Of a DNA stretch of 64,000 nucleotides, positions 1 to 12,984 are shown piece after piece (position 1 is the first letter of the stretch; every line of letters begins with the position of its first letter). Origin of the DNA: Eledone cirrhosa (taxonomy: Eukaryota); assembly GCA_964016885.1 (NCBI GenBank), contig OZ024740.1, positions 253,208,001 through 253,272,000 on the forward strand, read 5' to 3'. Under the pieces are notes generated by a model. It did not search any database, was not told the origin of the DNA, and saw nothing but the letters and a program-made list of their open reading frames with translations. A program made the translations under genes and the position numbers.

Positions 1-430
1 TCGGGATCCTGAGCGGAATCTTCCGGAGCCGCCTGAGCCGAGCGATGTTGACCAGCGAGGCTTGGGCATCAGGCAAGCTTGCTGTCTCATCTGGTGGAGT
101 GCCAGATGGCCGTGGCTGTGCAGACGAGGGGAAGAGACAGTTTCTGCATCTCCACGCTTCGAGGACACTGGAAGCTCGACGCGTCAAGCCAACACAAGTG
201 AGGTGGTGGAAGCAGCTGCACCACGAATAGTTCCATCCCCTCTTCCATCTGTTCGTGGTGCTGCGACTGGTGGGGATGGAGGATGGGGCGTGGAGCCGGG
301 GACTGGGGCACCAAGCGGCATCAGGAGTGAGTGGCTGGTTGTCATCATCCTAAGTGCTAGGCACAACTGCACGTGGATAGAAGGGAAAGTGTTGGTATGA
401 GTGAGGCCTCATAGCTCACCTACATCAGAT
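1..430 (-). mobile_element. 5' fragment of CRE-like non-LTR retrotransposon (same family as 19900-21830)
   Basis: Reverse complement of 1-230 aligns with 20240-20460 (e.g. ...gctcaggcggctc(c/t)ggaagattccgctca...); runs off the window edge. Confidence 0.6.
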
Positions 431-479
431 ATGGAGGCGACAGAAGACAAGATAAAAGAGAAAGGGGGCACACATACAC

Positions 480-1173
480 GTCAGCGTGTTGAAAAAAAAT
501 CCTAATCTCTTTCACTCTCTCTCTCTATATATATATCTGTCACATAATCACTCTATCTATCTGTATCTCTCTCATCACACACTCTCTCTTTCTATATATA
601 ATGTAGTTGAAGTGGTGGTGGCGGCGGCAACATACCGGAAGTGTAGAAATTTGAAACTTTTAAAAGAAGTCAATTTTAAATAGACAATAAAATTATTTAT
701 ATTTAATCAAGAGTTACGAAATTTAGTACATAAATTATGTAATATTCATTCATTAGGTTGACTTTGCCTTTCATCCTTATGGGGTCGATAAAATAAAGTA
801 CCAGTAATACACTGGATAATTGCTGGCCTTGTGCCAAAAGTAGAAACAATTATTTATTCAAAGTAATCGGTGGATTGGCAGTATCGGTAGAGGGTCGGAC
901 GCCATGTTTTGCAGCACAGAGTTACGGCCCTTTATGATCTGAGTTCAAATGCCGCCGAAGTTAACTTTGCCTTTCATCCTTACGGGGTCGCTAAAATAAA
1001 GTACCAGTAACGTACTGGGGTCGATTTAATCGACTTTCCCTCCCCCCAAATTACTGGCCTTGTGCTTATACTAGAAATCATTATTTATTCGAAGTAATCC
1101 ATTATTTTACTAACTGGATTAAAAGAAATAAATCGGATGCTGTCCGGCACTCCTCCCTTTATTATAGTATAGA
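480..1173 (-). mobile_element. Non-autonomous Helitron-like element carrying SINEs (family of 27292-27797)
   Basis: Minus-strand 5' end TCTATACTATAATAAAG at 1173; internal similarity to 27292-27600 in inverted orientation; 3' end not identified. Confidence 0.55.
758..1083 (+). mobile_element. Two tandem tRNA-derived SINE copies (partial 758-850, near full 868-1083)
   Basis: A-box-like TGGCAGTATCGG, B-box-like GAGTTCAAAT, conserved core actttgcctttcatccttacggggtcgataaaataaagtaccagt repeated many times in the window. Confidence 0.85.
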
Positions 1174-2327
1174 CTAGCAGCAGGACCCGGCTTTGCACGG
1201 GGTAGGAAACATGAAATAACAACACGCATATGCAAAGATTGAGCAATGTAGCTGTGTACTTTTTGAATTCCCTTATTCTCAGAGAATGATTGTTCATCTA
1301 CTGGAAACGTAGAACACCAGCAGGCAGAATCCACTAGTAGCGGTGTCAGTGGGCTGATTGCGGAAATCCTGTATGCGAAAGAAGTAAGTAAGTGTTGTGA
1401 TGTATGTTCACGAATCACGTCACAGATGGGGAACAGACGTCAGTCTGACGGAGCGACGTAGTCAATTGTGTGAAAACCAAGTAGGGATAAACGTTTAAAG
1501 TAGGGATATTGAGATGACGAAATCAGCGTGGTAACGCAGCTGCAGCAGAAGGGGGTCATAGTGCAATTAGCACAAACACTGGGCGGCACTGGTTGCACTG
1601 CATTTACACAGCAACAAAGGTGCGACAAAAGGGGTCATTGCGGAATTAGCACAACCGCTGTTCAGCGTACTTGCGCAGGACGTTCATACTGCAGTGTAGG
1701 TGCAACAGAAGGGGTCTTAGTAGAAGTAGCACAGACGTGAGTTTTACGGTGTCAATAACACGGCAACGTACACAGGGCCCAGATTTGTGCGTGATCAAAG
1801 TACGAAGCGTCAACAGGATGCTGACAAATATTTTAAGGTCCTCCTCATTTCCTCAACCCCACGAAATGGTCCTGCTTAAAAGTAAGTAAGTGTTGTGTCC
1901 TCTGTTAAATAAACCAAATTTTTTAACGAAATATTATACGTTACTTACGATGTTTAAGTAGCGTTTATATTGAAAATGAAAAAGGCAGGTAATGCCCAAT
2001 GCTAATTCGTAAATTTCCTAGAAACCATTAATGGAATCGGAAATCTTTTTTTCCACAGCAATGTGAGGCGACTAACTAATGTGTGCTGCAAATTTCGAGG
2101 AAATCAGTTGGATTATCTTTAAGTAACGCCTCAAAAAAGACTAAAAATGCCTAAAAATGCGGGTTTTCGCCTAATGCAGACCCTAGGGCAGAAAAAGTTA
2201 ACATTTTTTAGCCCATTGCACTTCAAGAAATATAAGTAACGTATGTGTAAAGTTTAAAAAAGTCGGTTGGGTACTTCTCGAGTCTTAGGGATTTACACAG
2301 ACAGACATCCTCTGTTTTATATATATA
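1174..2327 (-). mobile_element. Non-autonomous Helitron
   Basis: Minus-strand 3' end is a GC hairpin (acccggctttgcacggggt on +) followed by CTAG; 5' end (acag)n/TA-rich like other copies; no ORF. Confidence 0.7.
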
Positions 2328-3179
2328 CTAGCAAATGACCCCCGTCCATTGGACGGTGTCAGTTCTTGGTAGGGCTGCAATGTTAATGGTCAATTTCCGT
2401 GTTGTATGTTTAACTTGGAGGATAATTTTACCTGATCAACTCTTTCAATAAAAAAAAATGAGACGGTATTCAAAAAGAGCAAGTTTTATTTACAGATATG
2501 TGTCATTAAAATGTGAACGTAGAGAAATGTATCGTTAGCCGTGTCGGTTGAACAATGTGTATTTTTAAAACATCCATTATGTACACACAAACACATACAC
2601 ACACAAACACACACACACATACGCACACAATCCCAAGACGTGACGTTGTGGAAGGGGGAGAGTTAAGAAGTGTAATAAATAAGTTAAAATTATAAACGCT
2701 GTATTTATCATATTCGCGTCACACACACTCCTCTCTTTCTTTATTTTACTCTCTCTCTCACTCCTCTCTTTCTATCTCCCTCTCACACATCCTTCTCTCT
2801 CTGGCCGTTATGGAAATTACACACACACACACACACACACATGCACGCACACATACACACACAAACACATACACACACATATACACACGCACATACACAT
2901 ACAATCCCATAACGTCGTGTTGTGGAAGGGGGAGAGTTAAGAAGTGTGTAAAAGGAACGCTCTCTCTCTTTATGGCCATCATGGAATTTGTTAGTGCAAA
3001 AGTCTATAAGATTATAAAATCGAAGTTTGTGACTTCGAAATTAATCATTATGAAATAATTTTTTCTTGATGTTACAAATGGTAGCCTATTTTGGCTGTGT
3101 TTAATTTGACAGAGATCGATGGAATATTTTCCAAGTGAAACTCTTTTACACACACACAGAACGGGAATTATACATAAGA
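2328..3179 (-). mobile_element. Non-autonomous Helitron
   Basis: CTAG at 2328 with hairpin ccgtccattggacgg; TC 5' terminus on minus strand at 3179. Confidence 0.7.
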
Positions 3180-3286
3180 TATACACGTCCAGCTCTTGCT
3201 AGCAAGGAAAGTGGACATTTAAAACAACAACCTGCAAAATTTTATATAGACTTTAGTCTATTTCCATGCCAGTATGGATTGAATGT

Positions 3287-3335
3287 GTGTCACTGATGAA
3301 AGATTAACAAATCTTGAAACAACACTGTCTGGCAT
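3287..3335 (+). ncRNA. Type I hammerhead ribozyme
   Basis: gtgtca-CTGATGA-aagatt(aaca)aatctt-GAAA-c..GTC^tggcat; stem I extends via tgccagt/actggca. Confidence 0.75.
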
Positions 3336-4072
3336 CCTTGAGTGGACTGGCAACTCTGTTATATATTATTAGAGGAAAATAGAGACAAATAAATTGCATT
3401 GTTACGAAAAAATAATTTTCTCTGATAGCAAATGAACATGTTTTCATCTGCACCCCTATAATGCTTAAACACGTAAGATAGAAATCTGATTTTATTTTAT
3501 TGCTCTCTCTCTCTCTCTTTTCTTGCTCTATCTCTCCTCTCTCTCTTACTCTTACTTGCTGTCTCTCTCTCCCACTTCTACTCAATGAATTCTTATACAA
3601 AGTTCTCTTATTCGATTGTTTACTTTCAACTACTCCCAGTATGTGAGTGGCCAGAAGTAAATATAAGTTTGAAAAACTTGTTGAAACTATAAAACGAATG
3701 AAATGGTAAAAATGCATTACATAATGGAGTTATGAAACAAAAACTATATTTTAAACGACACTTAAACCATTTTAAACATCAAAATATTAAAACTTCATAA
3801 ATATATTTAATACTCATGAGTATTTCAAAACCTCACCATCTAAACATAATGTGTTGATTAGCAACCTCAGCTTATAAACGGGTTTTCGATTTTTGCCCAT
3901 TTCTCAAGCATAAAATAGGAGTTTAGATTATATTTAGATCAGTTGATATTTGAGTATATATGGTAATGTCTCTGTTATGTCTAATTTAGGGAAAATAGAA
4001 AAAATAGAGAGGATAACAAACTATTATCAAAGTAACGCCCTCTGGTGATGTCCAGCAGAAGCAAGGGGGCCA

Positions 4073-4116
4073 ACCGTCTATGCATTTCAGGCTTAACTGG
4101 TCTTCGTCAGGACGGT
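4073..4116 (-). ncRNA. Type I hammerhead ribozyme (inverted copy)
   Basis: Reverse complement accgtc-CTGACGA-agac(cagttaa)gcct-GAAA-tgc-ATA^gacggt; one stem II mismatch. Confidence 0.75.
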
Positions 4117-4408
4117 CCCTCCCACCGCTTGCGACTGCTGGACTAGAAAACAGCTGAGAATATATACTTTCTCGTCTGAGGTGATTAATCTCATTTGATA
4201 TGAAGCTGCATAAGGCTCAAATTACGAAATATTTATACATATTGTATAAAGCTATGCTTGAAGCGAAATCCTATTTCTTTTTTATTATAAGTTGAGCCAA
4301 CTTATGCAGCTTCATATGCAAATGAGATTAATCACCTCATTTACACAGACTAGAAAAGTATATATTCTCAGTTGTCTTCTAGTCCAGCAGTCACAAGCGG
4401 TAGGAGGG

Positions 4409-4452
4409 ACCGTCCTGACGAAGGCCAGTTAAGCCTGAAATGCATAGACGGT
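4409..4452 (+). ncRNA. Type I hammerhead ribozyme
   Basis: accgtc-CTGACGA-aggc(cagttaa)gcct-GAAA-tgc-ATA^gacggt; palindromic stem III ATGCAT; stem I extended by gtccagcag/ctgctggac. Confidence 0.9.
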
Positions 4453-4580
4453 TGTCCCCCTTGCTTCTGCTGGACATCACCAAACGTTGTTTGCATAGCT
4501 ACGGCTTCCTAAAATTGTATTTCTTTGGAGATACGAAATATTTATACATATTGTATAAAGCTATGCTTGAAGCGAAATTC

Positions 4581-4644
<64 letters not shown>

Positions 4645-4678
4645 GAAGAAATTAAAAGATGGTTAAAAAAGTTCCATA

Positions 4679-4748
4679 TATTTTATTATGCGCATTTCGA
4701 AAACAACATCATCCTGGGACAAAAATTGTGTTCTCATCAGATAAAATA
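4679..4748 (-). ncRNA. Type I hammerhead ribozyme
   Basis: Reverse complement tattttat-CTGATGA-gaacacaat...gttgttttc-GAAA-tgcgc-ATA^ataaaata; about 40 nt from (TA)n. Confidence 0.85.
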
Positions 4749-5731
4749 AGGTAACATGATATGAGGCCTAAAAACACTTGTCAACAGGAATATTTTAATA
4801 AATATTATAGCATCTACTTATTCTGACAAAAATCGAAATATCTAATCCTCTGCAAGTGGTGGAAATTTGTTATACTCTGCGCGTTCCATAAAAGGGAAAT
4901 AACTCGTCTCTCATCTCTATTTACATATTTGAACTGAAAAATCAATACATTATAATTTCGATTTTTGCACTTGGCGTGGGTCGATTTGAAAATTTGTTTG
5001 ACCGATGTCTCCGCCGGACCTTCATCTATAAGTGTAGTAATTTCACCGAAATTTGAACATACGGTTTAGGAGGAGATGTGTGCCGACGGTTTTAGTAGAC
5101 AGACAGAAAACCTCAGATATAGATAGATTATTATTATTTTTTTTATAAAAACCGCTAAATGCCTTGTAACAACCCCTTCTCACAAGCTCCTTTGCTATGA
5201 TCTGGATATATGTTTTAAATATAACATTTATATGATCAGATTCATACACTGGAGAACTGAATTTTTATTTTCATTTCTTTATTTCACTGCTTCTGTTTTT
5301 AAGCACACTTTTCATCACTTTAAAATGTAATAACACCAGACATGATGTTTTTTTTTATTTTTTGCTTTATGAGTCTGACCTGTATTATGTCACCTTTTGC
5401 TCGTTTGTATTTGAATGATTACAACATCTATGCTCCTGAGCAGCGGACCGGTCTCCAGTATATCTATTGAGGCACAACCCTCCCTCCTACATTGAAACAT
5501 TCATAGAGTAAAATAATGTTGTAAATCTTAACTGGTTATTCATTGTTATTTTATTAAAATTTTGAGCTCTGCAGTTCATACCATAACAGTCCATAACGTA
5601 GTCTACAGAGGTTGAAAATCATCCAGCCTTTTGGATTACTGATTGACCAAGGATACTGATTAGCATTGAGCTTCTATAATCTTCACGAGGATATATATTG
5701 ATAAACTCTAATATAACTTAACATACATATA

Positions 5732-6955
5732 TATAGCGATTATTTGGATGGTCAAATTGGAAGTTGGTCAGTTGATTGAGTTGTGGTGTTGATTTTATAA
5801 CAACGAGGGTTATTATGATAATTAATGGTTTTACATCAAGTCGGAATACCACGTATCGAATATTCCCCGCTATTATTGTCTGTTTATCATTATAAAGGCC
5901 GCACAAGTTATTGGTAGTAGCGCTACGAGAGACCAGTTCTGTAGAAAGATGTGGTAAGAACATCGACAACGAACTTTGTCTGGTTTTACATTATTTATTA
6001 ACAAGGTTGAGCTGAGTAGAGCAGGCATGCCAAGAATGATAAAACAAACGAATTAAGGATTTCAGAAGACACGGTCCACTGGCTGAAGTGTTGCCAGGCC
6101 GTGGTTAAGTTGTTGTGTTACATGTTGGCTAGTGATTTCACGACGAAAGAAAGTTAGTTGTTTACCTTTTCACAGTCAGGAAGCGGGAAGTTCTCCCTCG
6201 GGGCGCGCAGAAACACATTCTCTTCTACTGGCGCTGATTGGCTGAGCTTAGCCAAATCACGCACAGAGAATGTATGTGAGCCCGCGGAGTGTAGGTCACT
6301 ACAATTTCTTTGTTGCGTGTGTGCTCACTTGTAGCTTGCTGTGTCGTGTGGTCACTGTTGTGTGATACAGTGTGACCAGAGGTTGCATGTGTGTAGTTAA
6401 GTAAGTAAGTGTTCATTAAGATGATGATGATATGATAGTTCCTTGATCACGTAGAAAATGAATATATATAAATGACCACGATAACACCAAACCGCTAAAT
6501 TATTAATTTATTGATTATAACTCACCCCGAAGTTATACGAAAAATACACAAGAATTATGGACGTTATTTGTTTGTTTGTAAAAGTAGAGTTAAAGTCGTA
6601 TTTACCAAGAAAACCTCATGAACTTCACTGACTTGGTTAAGAGAGAGACCAAGAGATAGAGATTGAGTGAAAGAGAGACAGTAAGAGAAAGTAAGAGTCT
6701 GTAAGACCTCAAGGGGTCAGTAGAAAGCAATAGTCTACATGTTTACTCTATCAAGAACCGTTCCGAATTGCTACCTCTGCTGGTCTAGGGCAGGCTATTT
6801 ATCTAGGTCGCTTCCTCTGTCCCCAAGCCTTAAGAATAAAGGCTGACTTTTAGAGGTCGTCCACTCTCAGACCTATTGACGCCCGAAAGGAGATAAGCCA
6901 AAATATGGCCATTAAATGTCACCTAGGGGTCAAGTTTTGGACAGATTTCGCTACA
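5732..6955 (-). mobile_element. Solo LTR (TGTAGCG...CGCTATA) interrupted by a second solo LTR
   Basis: Terminal inverted repeat; similar to 24192-24967; host sequence becomes continuous when 5797-6303 is removed. Confidence 0.6.
5797..6303 (-). mobile_element. Nested solo LTR related to the LTRs at 40331/42513
   Basis: 6220-6303 nearly identical to 40829-40912; target duplication ATTT(T/C). Confidence 0.7.
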
Positions 6956-7129
6956 TATATATATTACGTGTAAACGAAACTTACTCGTTTTTTCTAATAT
7001 ATACACTCTGCCTGTGCATAGAGTGCTTGCTTTGTTACCAACACAAGTAATTCATTGAATCACCTACACTATATAAGAGACTTGTGGCTGGAGCAAAACT
7101 CTAACCAGACAGGTGGTGGAACATCACGG

Positions 7130-9775
7130 TAGATAGAGCCATTAAAAACAAAAACAAGCATGCAAAGATTGGAAAAATTGGAGGAGTAGAGACCAATACT
7201 CAGCCGCTAAAAGCGAGTCTAGACGTCAGGTATACTTAGTACGCAGTGAAGCTGAGAGTAGGAGGTTTGCCAATGTTCTGCGACGAGAGGATCAGAGATG
7301 TGACGTGTTCCACATTGCAAGGCAGTGTGTCAGTGTAAATCAGGATGTTGTTGGAGAAATGTGTGTCCGAAATGATGCTGGTGCTCAGAAAAAGGAGGCC
7401 TGGAAATGACATTATGAGAGACTGATGAATGTTGAGAATGAATGGGAAAGAGAGAAACTATCCCCACAGACCCAACAGCTATTGAGGTTGACGACTAAAG
7501 GGTCAAAGAAGCAATTAAGGAAATGAAAAGTGGCAAAGCTGCTGGACCATCGGGGATAGTTGCTTAGATGGTGAAGGCATCTGGAGAAGTAGGAACTAAA
7601 CTGGTTGCACGCATAGTCAATCAAGCTATATATGGCGGATTATACGTAAAGACTGGTGCAACAGTATTCTTATAAATTGCTACAAAGGTAAAGGGGATGC
7701 TTTGGAGAGGAGCAATTATAGGGGTATAAAACTGATGGATCAGGTTATGAAAGTGACAGAAAGGGTCAAATTAGATGAGATACAGTTTGGTTTTGTGCCC
7801 TGGAAAAGTACAACAGATGCCCTCTTCTTAGTGAGACAGCTACAATAGAAGTTCTTAGAGACGAATAAGCCACTATACTTAGCTTTTGTTGACCTAGAGA
7901 AGACCTTTGATAAAGTATCCCGATCTGTCATCTGGTGGCCCCTAAGGAAACTAGGTGTAGAGGAATGGCTTGTGAGGACAGTGCAAGCTATGTACAGAGG
8001 ATCTGTCAGTAAAGTGAGAGTAGGAATGGAGCTTAGTGAGGAATTACAGATACAAGTAACAGTTCATCGGGGTTGGGTCCTCAGCCCACTCTTATTCATT
8101 ATAGATTTCCAATCCATAACAGGAGTTTAAGACTGGCTGCCCATGGGAACTTCTCTATGCTGATGATCTGGTACTTATGGCAGAATCAGTAGAGGAGCTA
8201 GAAAATAAATTCTGACTATGGAAACAGCAGTTGGAATCAAGGGGGCAAAGACTAAAGTATTGATAAGTAGGAAAGAGGATAAGACTCTGATTCCATCAGA
8301 GAAATAGCCATGCTCGATATGTAGAAAAGGAGTTGGCATAAATTCTATAAAATGTACACAATGCAGATCTGTAGCGAAATCTGTCCGCGCCTTGAACTTT
8401 GGGTGATACCTAAAGGTTAAATCCTAGGTCAACACTCTCTTTGGTGTAGACAGGTGGATTCATTGGCTATCCTCTCAATGGGGGGGGGGGGAGTGACAGC
8501 TATATATAGACCATGTACAAACCAATTCTAAACAGAGACATCGAAGCGATAGGATATGCAACTAACTATGTAAGGATTACTGTTATCAACAGACCCCCGT
8601 GGTCTACCAACAGATCCCATGAGGCCTACAGATACACACACAGAGATTGGAACCTCTATTACCACATACCATGTACAAGCCACGGTAGTTCACAGTTACT
8701 ACAGACAATTCGGAGATATACAAGCCATATCTTACTAACTAAGGTCTCAACTACTACCACGGACAACAATTATCTGTAACTCGCTGTTGTAACACCAACA
8801 ACAACAATTAGACTACAACAGCCTACACATCAACAACAAAATAATATTGTCAATCTTTGCAACTTATGGTAACTTGTTTATTGTACCTTTTAATTGATTC
8901 ATGTGAAGTAAACTATATATAACCAAATCATTTATTCTTATATTCTTTATATTCTTTATATTCCTATTATTACATATATTCTTATTATTCAGGTTATTTC
9001 ACATATCTAAATAGCCACATAAAACAATTCAAATTTTTCATTATTACCATTCGTTAAAGATCTTGGATACACAAGAGGTGTAGTGGGATAGTAATCAAAC
9101 TAACAGGAAAGGAAAACTTCATATGTAGTAGATGTTCAGGGAAAATTCACAGTAATTGGCACATTTTTCAAACGCAGGTTGGATTTATAGAGGTGGTTGA
9201 TAGCTTCCGGTATCTAGGTGATCAAATTAGCAAGGGAGGGGGATGCTCTGGGGCCATAGTATCTAGAATAAGAACAGGATGGAAGAAGTTTAGGGAGCTG
9301 CTTCCTCTGTTGACAACAAAGTGTTCCTCCCTACGATGAAAGATGGGTTGTATGATGTGCAATGCTGCATGGTAGTGAGACATGAGCAGCAACTGTGGAG
9401 AATATGTGAAGGCAAGCATGCTCTGATTGATGTGCAATGTCAGTATGTGTAAACGACCAAGCATGGACGAGTTGAGAGTGAACATGTGTACAAGAGGAAT
9501 AAACTGTAGTGTGCAGGAGAGATGACTATGTTGGTATGGCCATGTGATGTGCATGGAAGATGATAGCTGGGTGAACAAGTGCCAAGGAATCCTGATGGAA
9601 GGAAGACGTAGTAGGGGAAGATTACGAAAACCATGCGCGGAGTTGGTGAGAGCTGACCTCAGATTGCTGAAGCTCACAGAGGAGATGATGAAGGACCGCG
9701 ATGAATGGAGAGATGCTGTGCTGAAGAGGACCCATCCCACCCTTGCAAGCAAGGAAAAGTAAACAAATGTTAAAG
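7130..9775 (+). mobile_element. Degenerate 5'-truncated RTE-clade LINE (RT, PHD-like finger, RTE C-terminus)
   Basis: Translatable remnants KGKGDALERSNYRGIKL, QFGFVP, AFVDLEK, WELLYADDLV, GRRSRGR; many stops and frameshifts; homologous to 46453-47890. Confidence 0.9.
8370..9057 (+). mobile_element. Solo LTR (TGTAGCG...TTAA) inserted in the RTE
   Basis: 5-bp target duplication AGATC (8365-8369, 9058-9062); terminal similarity to 45281-45990. Confidence 0.85.
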
Positions 9776-10451
9776 TTAAATCCTGTCATATGAGGTTTAT
9801 TAAACTGGAGATTGTCTTGGTTTCATGTTAAGCAACTGAGAGAAGAGTATGCTAGTCAGAACCAACCTCTATATACTGTTGGTATTCCATTTTTTCAGCT
9901 GAGTGAACTGGAGCTATATGACATGAAGTGACTTGTTGAAGAACACATTAGCATGGCCACTTCTGTGATGGCAGTAAAGCGCTGTCTTCTTTCTGACAAA
10001 AAAAAACTAATGTTTACTTAGGAGCTTCTTGATTTTATTTTTGGTGTTTCTTATCTCAATCTTCAGCAGATTCAATTACAAGAAATATTATAAACAGAAG
10101 TGTGTGTAAAGTACCAATCAAGTATACATGCATAGCCCATAACGTCTTGTTGTGTTGTAGGGGCACCATCATAACATAAACATATCTTAGGCATTTAATT
10201 TAGGCAGAGTCCATCTCTCTCCAAGTTGGAACAAAACTGAAGGAGGAAAAAAAGTGCAGTATTTCTAACTCTTTTTCAGTGCCCTGAGGTGGGAGAGAGA
10301 GCAGTAATTCTGAGAATCATGGGTGAGAGAGAGAAAAACTGTTTCTGTCTGACACTGGTGAGAGAGAGAGAGAGAGAGTTCTTCCAAGCCTGGTGAGAGG
10401 AAGAGAGAGAACAATGATTCTGAAACAGGAGAGAGAGATAGGAAGAAAGAA

Positions 10452-10547
<96 letters not shown>

Positions 10548-10772
10548 TCATTTAAATTATTGACGTATTGTTTTATTGATATTTTTTATCTGTTTGTCCC
10601 GAATCTTCTATTATCGATTTTTTATCGTATGGTTGATTGTAGACTTGTTCTATATGTGACGGTATTTTAACGATAGTTATAGCTCTGATTCATCTGAATT
10701 ATTGAGCCCTCTGCCGCTCATTTCGAATCTTGTTTATCGTGAACTCGTGCGCCGATTTTTCGATACTCGATC

Positions 10773-10889
<117 letters not shown>

Positions 10890-11716
10890 TGCTCAAGACC
10901 TCTTTCAATGCCTCCTAGACCTTGTCCAAATGTTTTAATATTATTTATATTTTCTTTATTTAATTTTTTCTTTAAATTTATTTTTAGAATTGATTATTTA
11001 TTTTGGTGCTGTCCTGGCTTCTGGAATAAGCATCATTACAATCATTGTGTTAGCCTGGTACCTCAATACTCAGTAAGTAGCCACCTTTTACTTTACTTTA
11101 CTACAAAATATTGCTAGTTTAGTCAGAGGAAGCTGGTTATTGGCCTCTGTAGTCTCTCACTGCAGACATCACCACCACCACTGCTGCCGTCATCATTACT
11201 ACCACTACCACCACCACCACCATCACCATCATCACCTCATCTTTCTTCTTCTTACTGTTGCTGCCTCAGGTTGTAGTCATTCACCTAATCAAAATCAGAG
11301 ATCAGTTTTTGGAGCCCACCATGAGGACGTTGACAACTTGGCATCATTTTATGCCCACTTTCCATATTAGTGTGGATTGGTATCACAGTCCAGGACCATG
11401 TGTGTCAGAGCAACCTCATCTTGCTTTTAGTAGGCATTATCTCTTTTTAGCAAGATTGCCACTTTAGGAAGATGGAGATGTAGAAGTGTTCTAATGTTTC
11501 AAAAAATATATTAGAAGGCATAGTTTTTATAGAAAAATAATTTATTTTTGATTGGTTTGAACATGTATCAAAGTGTATGCAGCAAGGTTTTCTCTGTGAA
11601 GATGTCAGTGAAATAAATGATTTTAGTAGGCTAAAAATGTAGTGAGACAGGCACTAATTTATCCTTACTTACTATTAAAGTTGGTAAAATTTCCAAAGCT
11701 GGTTGTAGGAAGGATA

Positions 11717-11853
11717 ATAATTGTTTCTATTTTAGGCACAATGCCAGCAATTACCCAGTACATTACTGGTACTTTATTTTATCGACCCCGTAAGGATGAA
11801 AGGCAAAGTTAACCTCGGCCAAGCATATCCGACCCTCTACCGATACTGCCAAT
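11717..11853 (-). mobile_element. tRNA-derived SINE (internally deleted)
   Basis: Reverse complement of SINE core and head. Confidence 0.8.
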
Positions 11854-12314
11854 TCAAGGATAATAATGTTGACAGATTAATGGTAAATCTTCGAAAGGCC
11901 GTTTAACGAACTACTCTCAATTTGGAGAGAAAAATCAAAACAGTGGGAAGGCGAGATATGAGCTGTTGCACAGTCAACGTCCAAAACGCGACTGTTTTGA
12001 AAAAGGCGCGTTCTACTGCTGGGCGGAAGTGGTTATTTGTATTCATATGTCGTGCTCGGTCAATCACCAGCCCTGTAGGGTTGGTGATTGACCGAGCACG
12101 ACTAAATCATGCCACAGTGATATCATGTCTCGCTACATGCTTATTATGCTTATTATGTTCCATATATGGCTGGGTGCTCAGTTTGTATTCTGAGTTCATT
12201 TTCTGCCTAGAAATTAAAATCACATTAATGGCCAGAGCTAATAACCTGAATACAGGGCAACAACTGATTATAAAATCTGCAATGGATGGAGGAAGATTGT
12301 AACTGCTACTAAAG

Positions 12315-12710
12315 TGAATGGTGGTGTGTATGTGTAGATGGTAGTTTGTAGATGTAGACAGTGGTGTGTAGATGAAGATGGTGGTGTGTAGTTGTAGATG
12401 GTAGTGTGTATGTGGTAATGGTGGTATGTATGTGTAGATGTACATGATGGTGTGTATGTGTTGATGGTGGTGTGTATGTGTAGAGGGGTGTGTATGTGTA
12501 GATGTGGTGTGTATGTGTACATTGTGGTCTGTATATGTAGATGGGGTGTGTATGTGTAGATAGTGGTGTGTATGTGTAGATGGGGTGTGTATGTATTAAT
12601 GGTAGTGTATATGTGTAGATGGTGGTGTGTATGTGTAGATGGTGGTTTGTATGTGTAGATGGTGATGTGTGTATGTACATGGCTGTGTGTATGTACATGG
12701 CTGTGTGTAT
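12315..12710. repeat. ~20-bp minisatellite (gtagatggtggtgtgtatgt)n
   Basis: Visible degenerate tandem array. Confidence 0.9.
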
Positions 12711-12984
12711 GTATTCTGCAGTTCTATGGATTCCGTCAGACCTTTTGCCCACATCTCACAATTCCTTGTATAATGTTATAATTATTCATACTTAACAGAA
12801 CGCTAGTGCATTGAATGGAATAATTTACAGCTTTCTGATATACCGTATATACCGTATATATAAGCCAAGAAATATGTGACGAAAATTCAATGGTAAAATA
12901 AGGGGTTGGCATATATTCAAAGTAAATATTTTGCAGATTTTCACCAACTTCAAAATTCTACATAAATGAGACGCTAAAATATTT

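Larger units (their letters stand above)
4043..4586 (+). mobile_element. Non-coding hammerhead-bearing fold-back element (retrozyme-like, 309-nt monomer)
   Basis: Inverted arms ~4043-4221 / ~4293-4482; 54-bp direct repeat 4224-4277 = 4533-4586; ends at (TA)n. Confidence 0.75.

Noticed and set aside
868-960. tRNA gene
   Set aside because: A/B boxes belong to the SINE head; no full cloverleaf
7422-9730. CTGANGA matches at 7422, 8160 and 9721
   Set aside because: Inside RTE coding sequence (e.g. YADD) with no stems or properly placed GAAA/NUH
11922-12302. 126-aa ORF as a host gene exon
   Set aside because: No recognisable domain and no convincing splice-site pair
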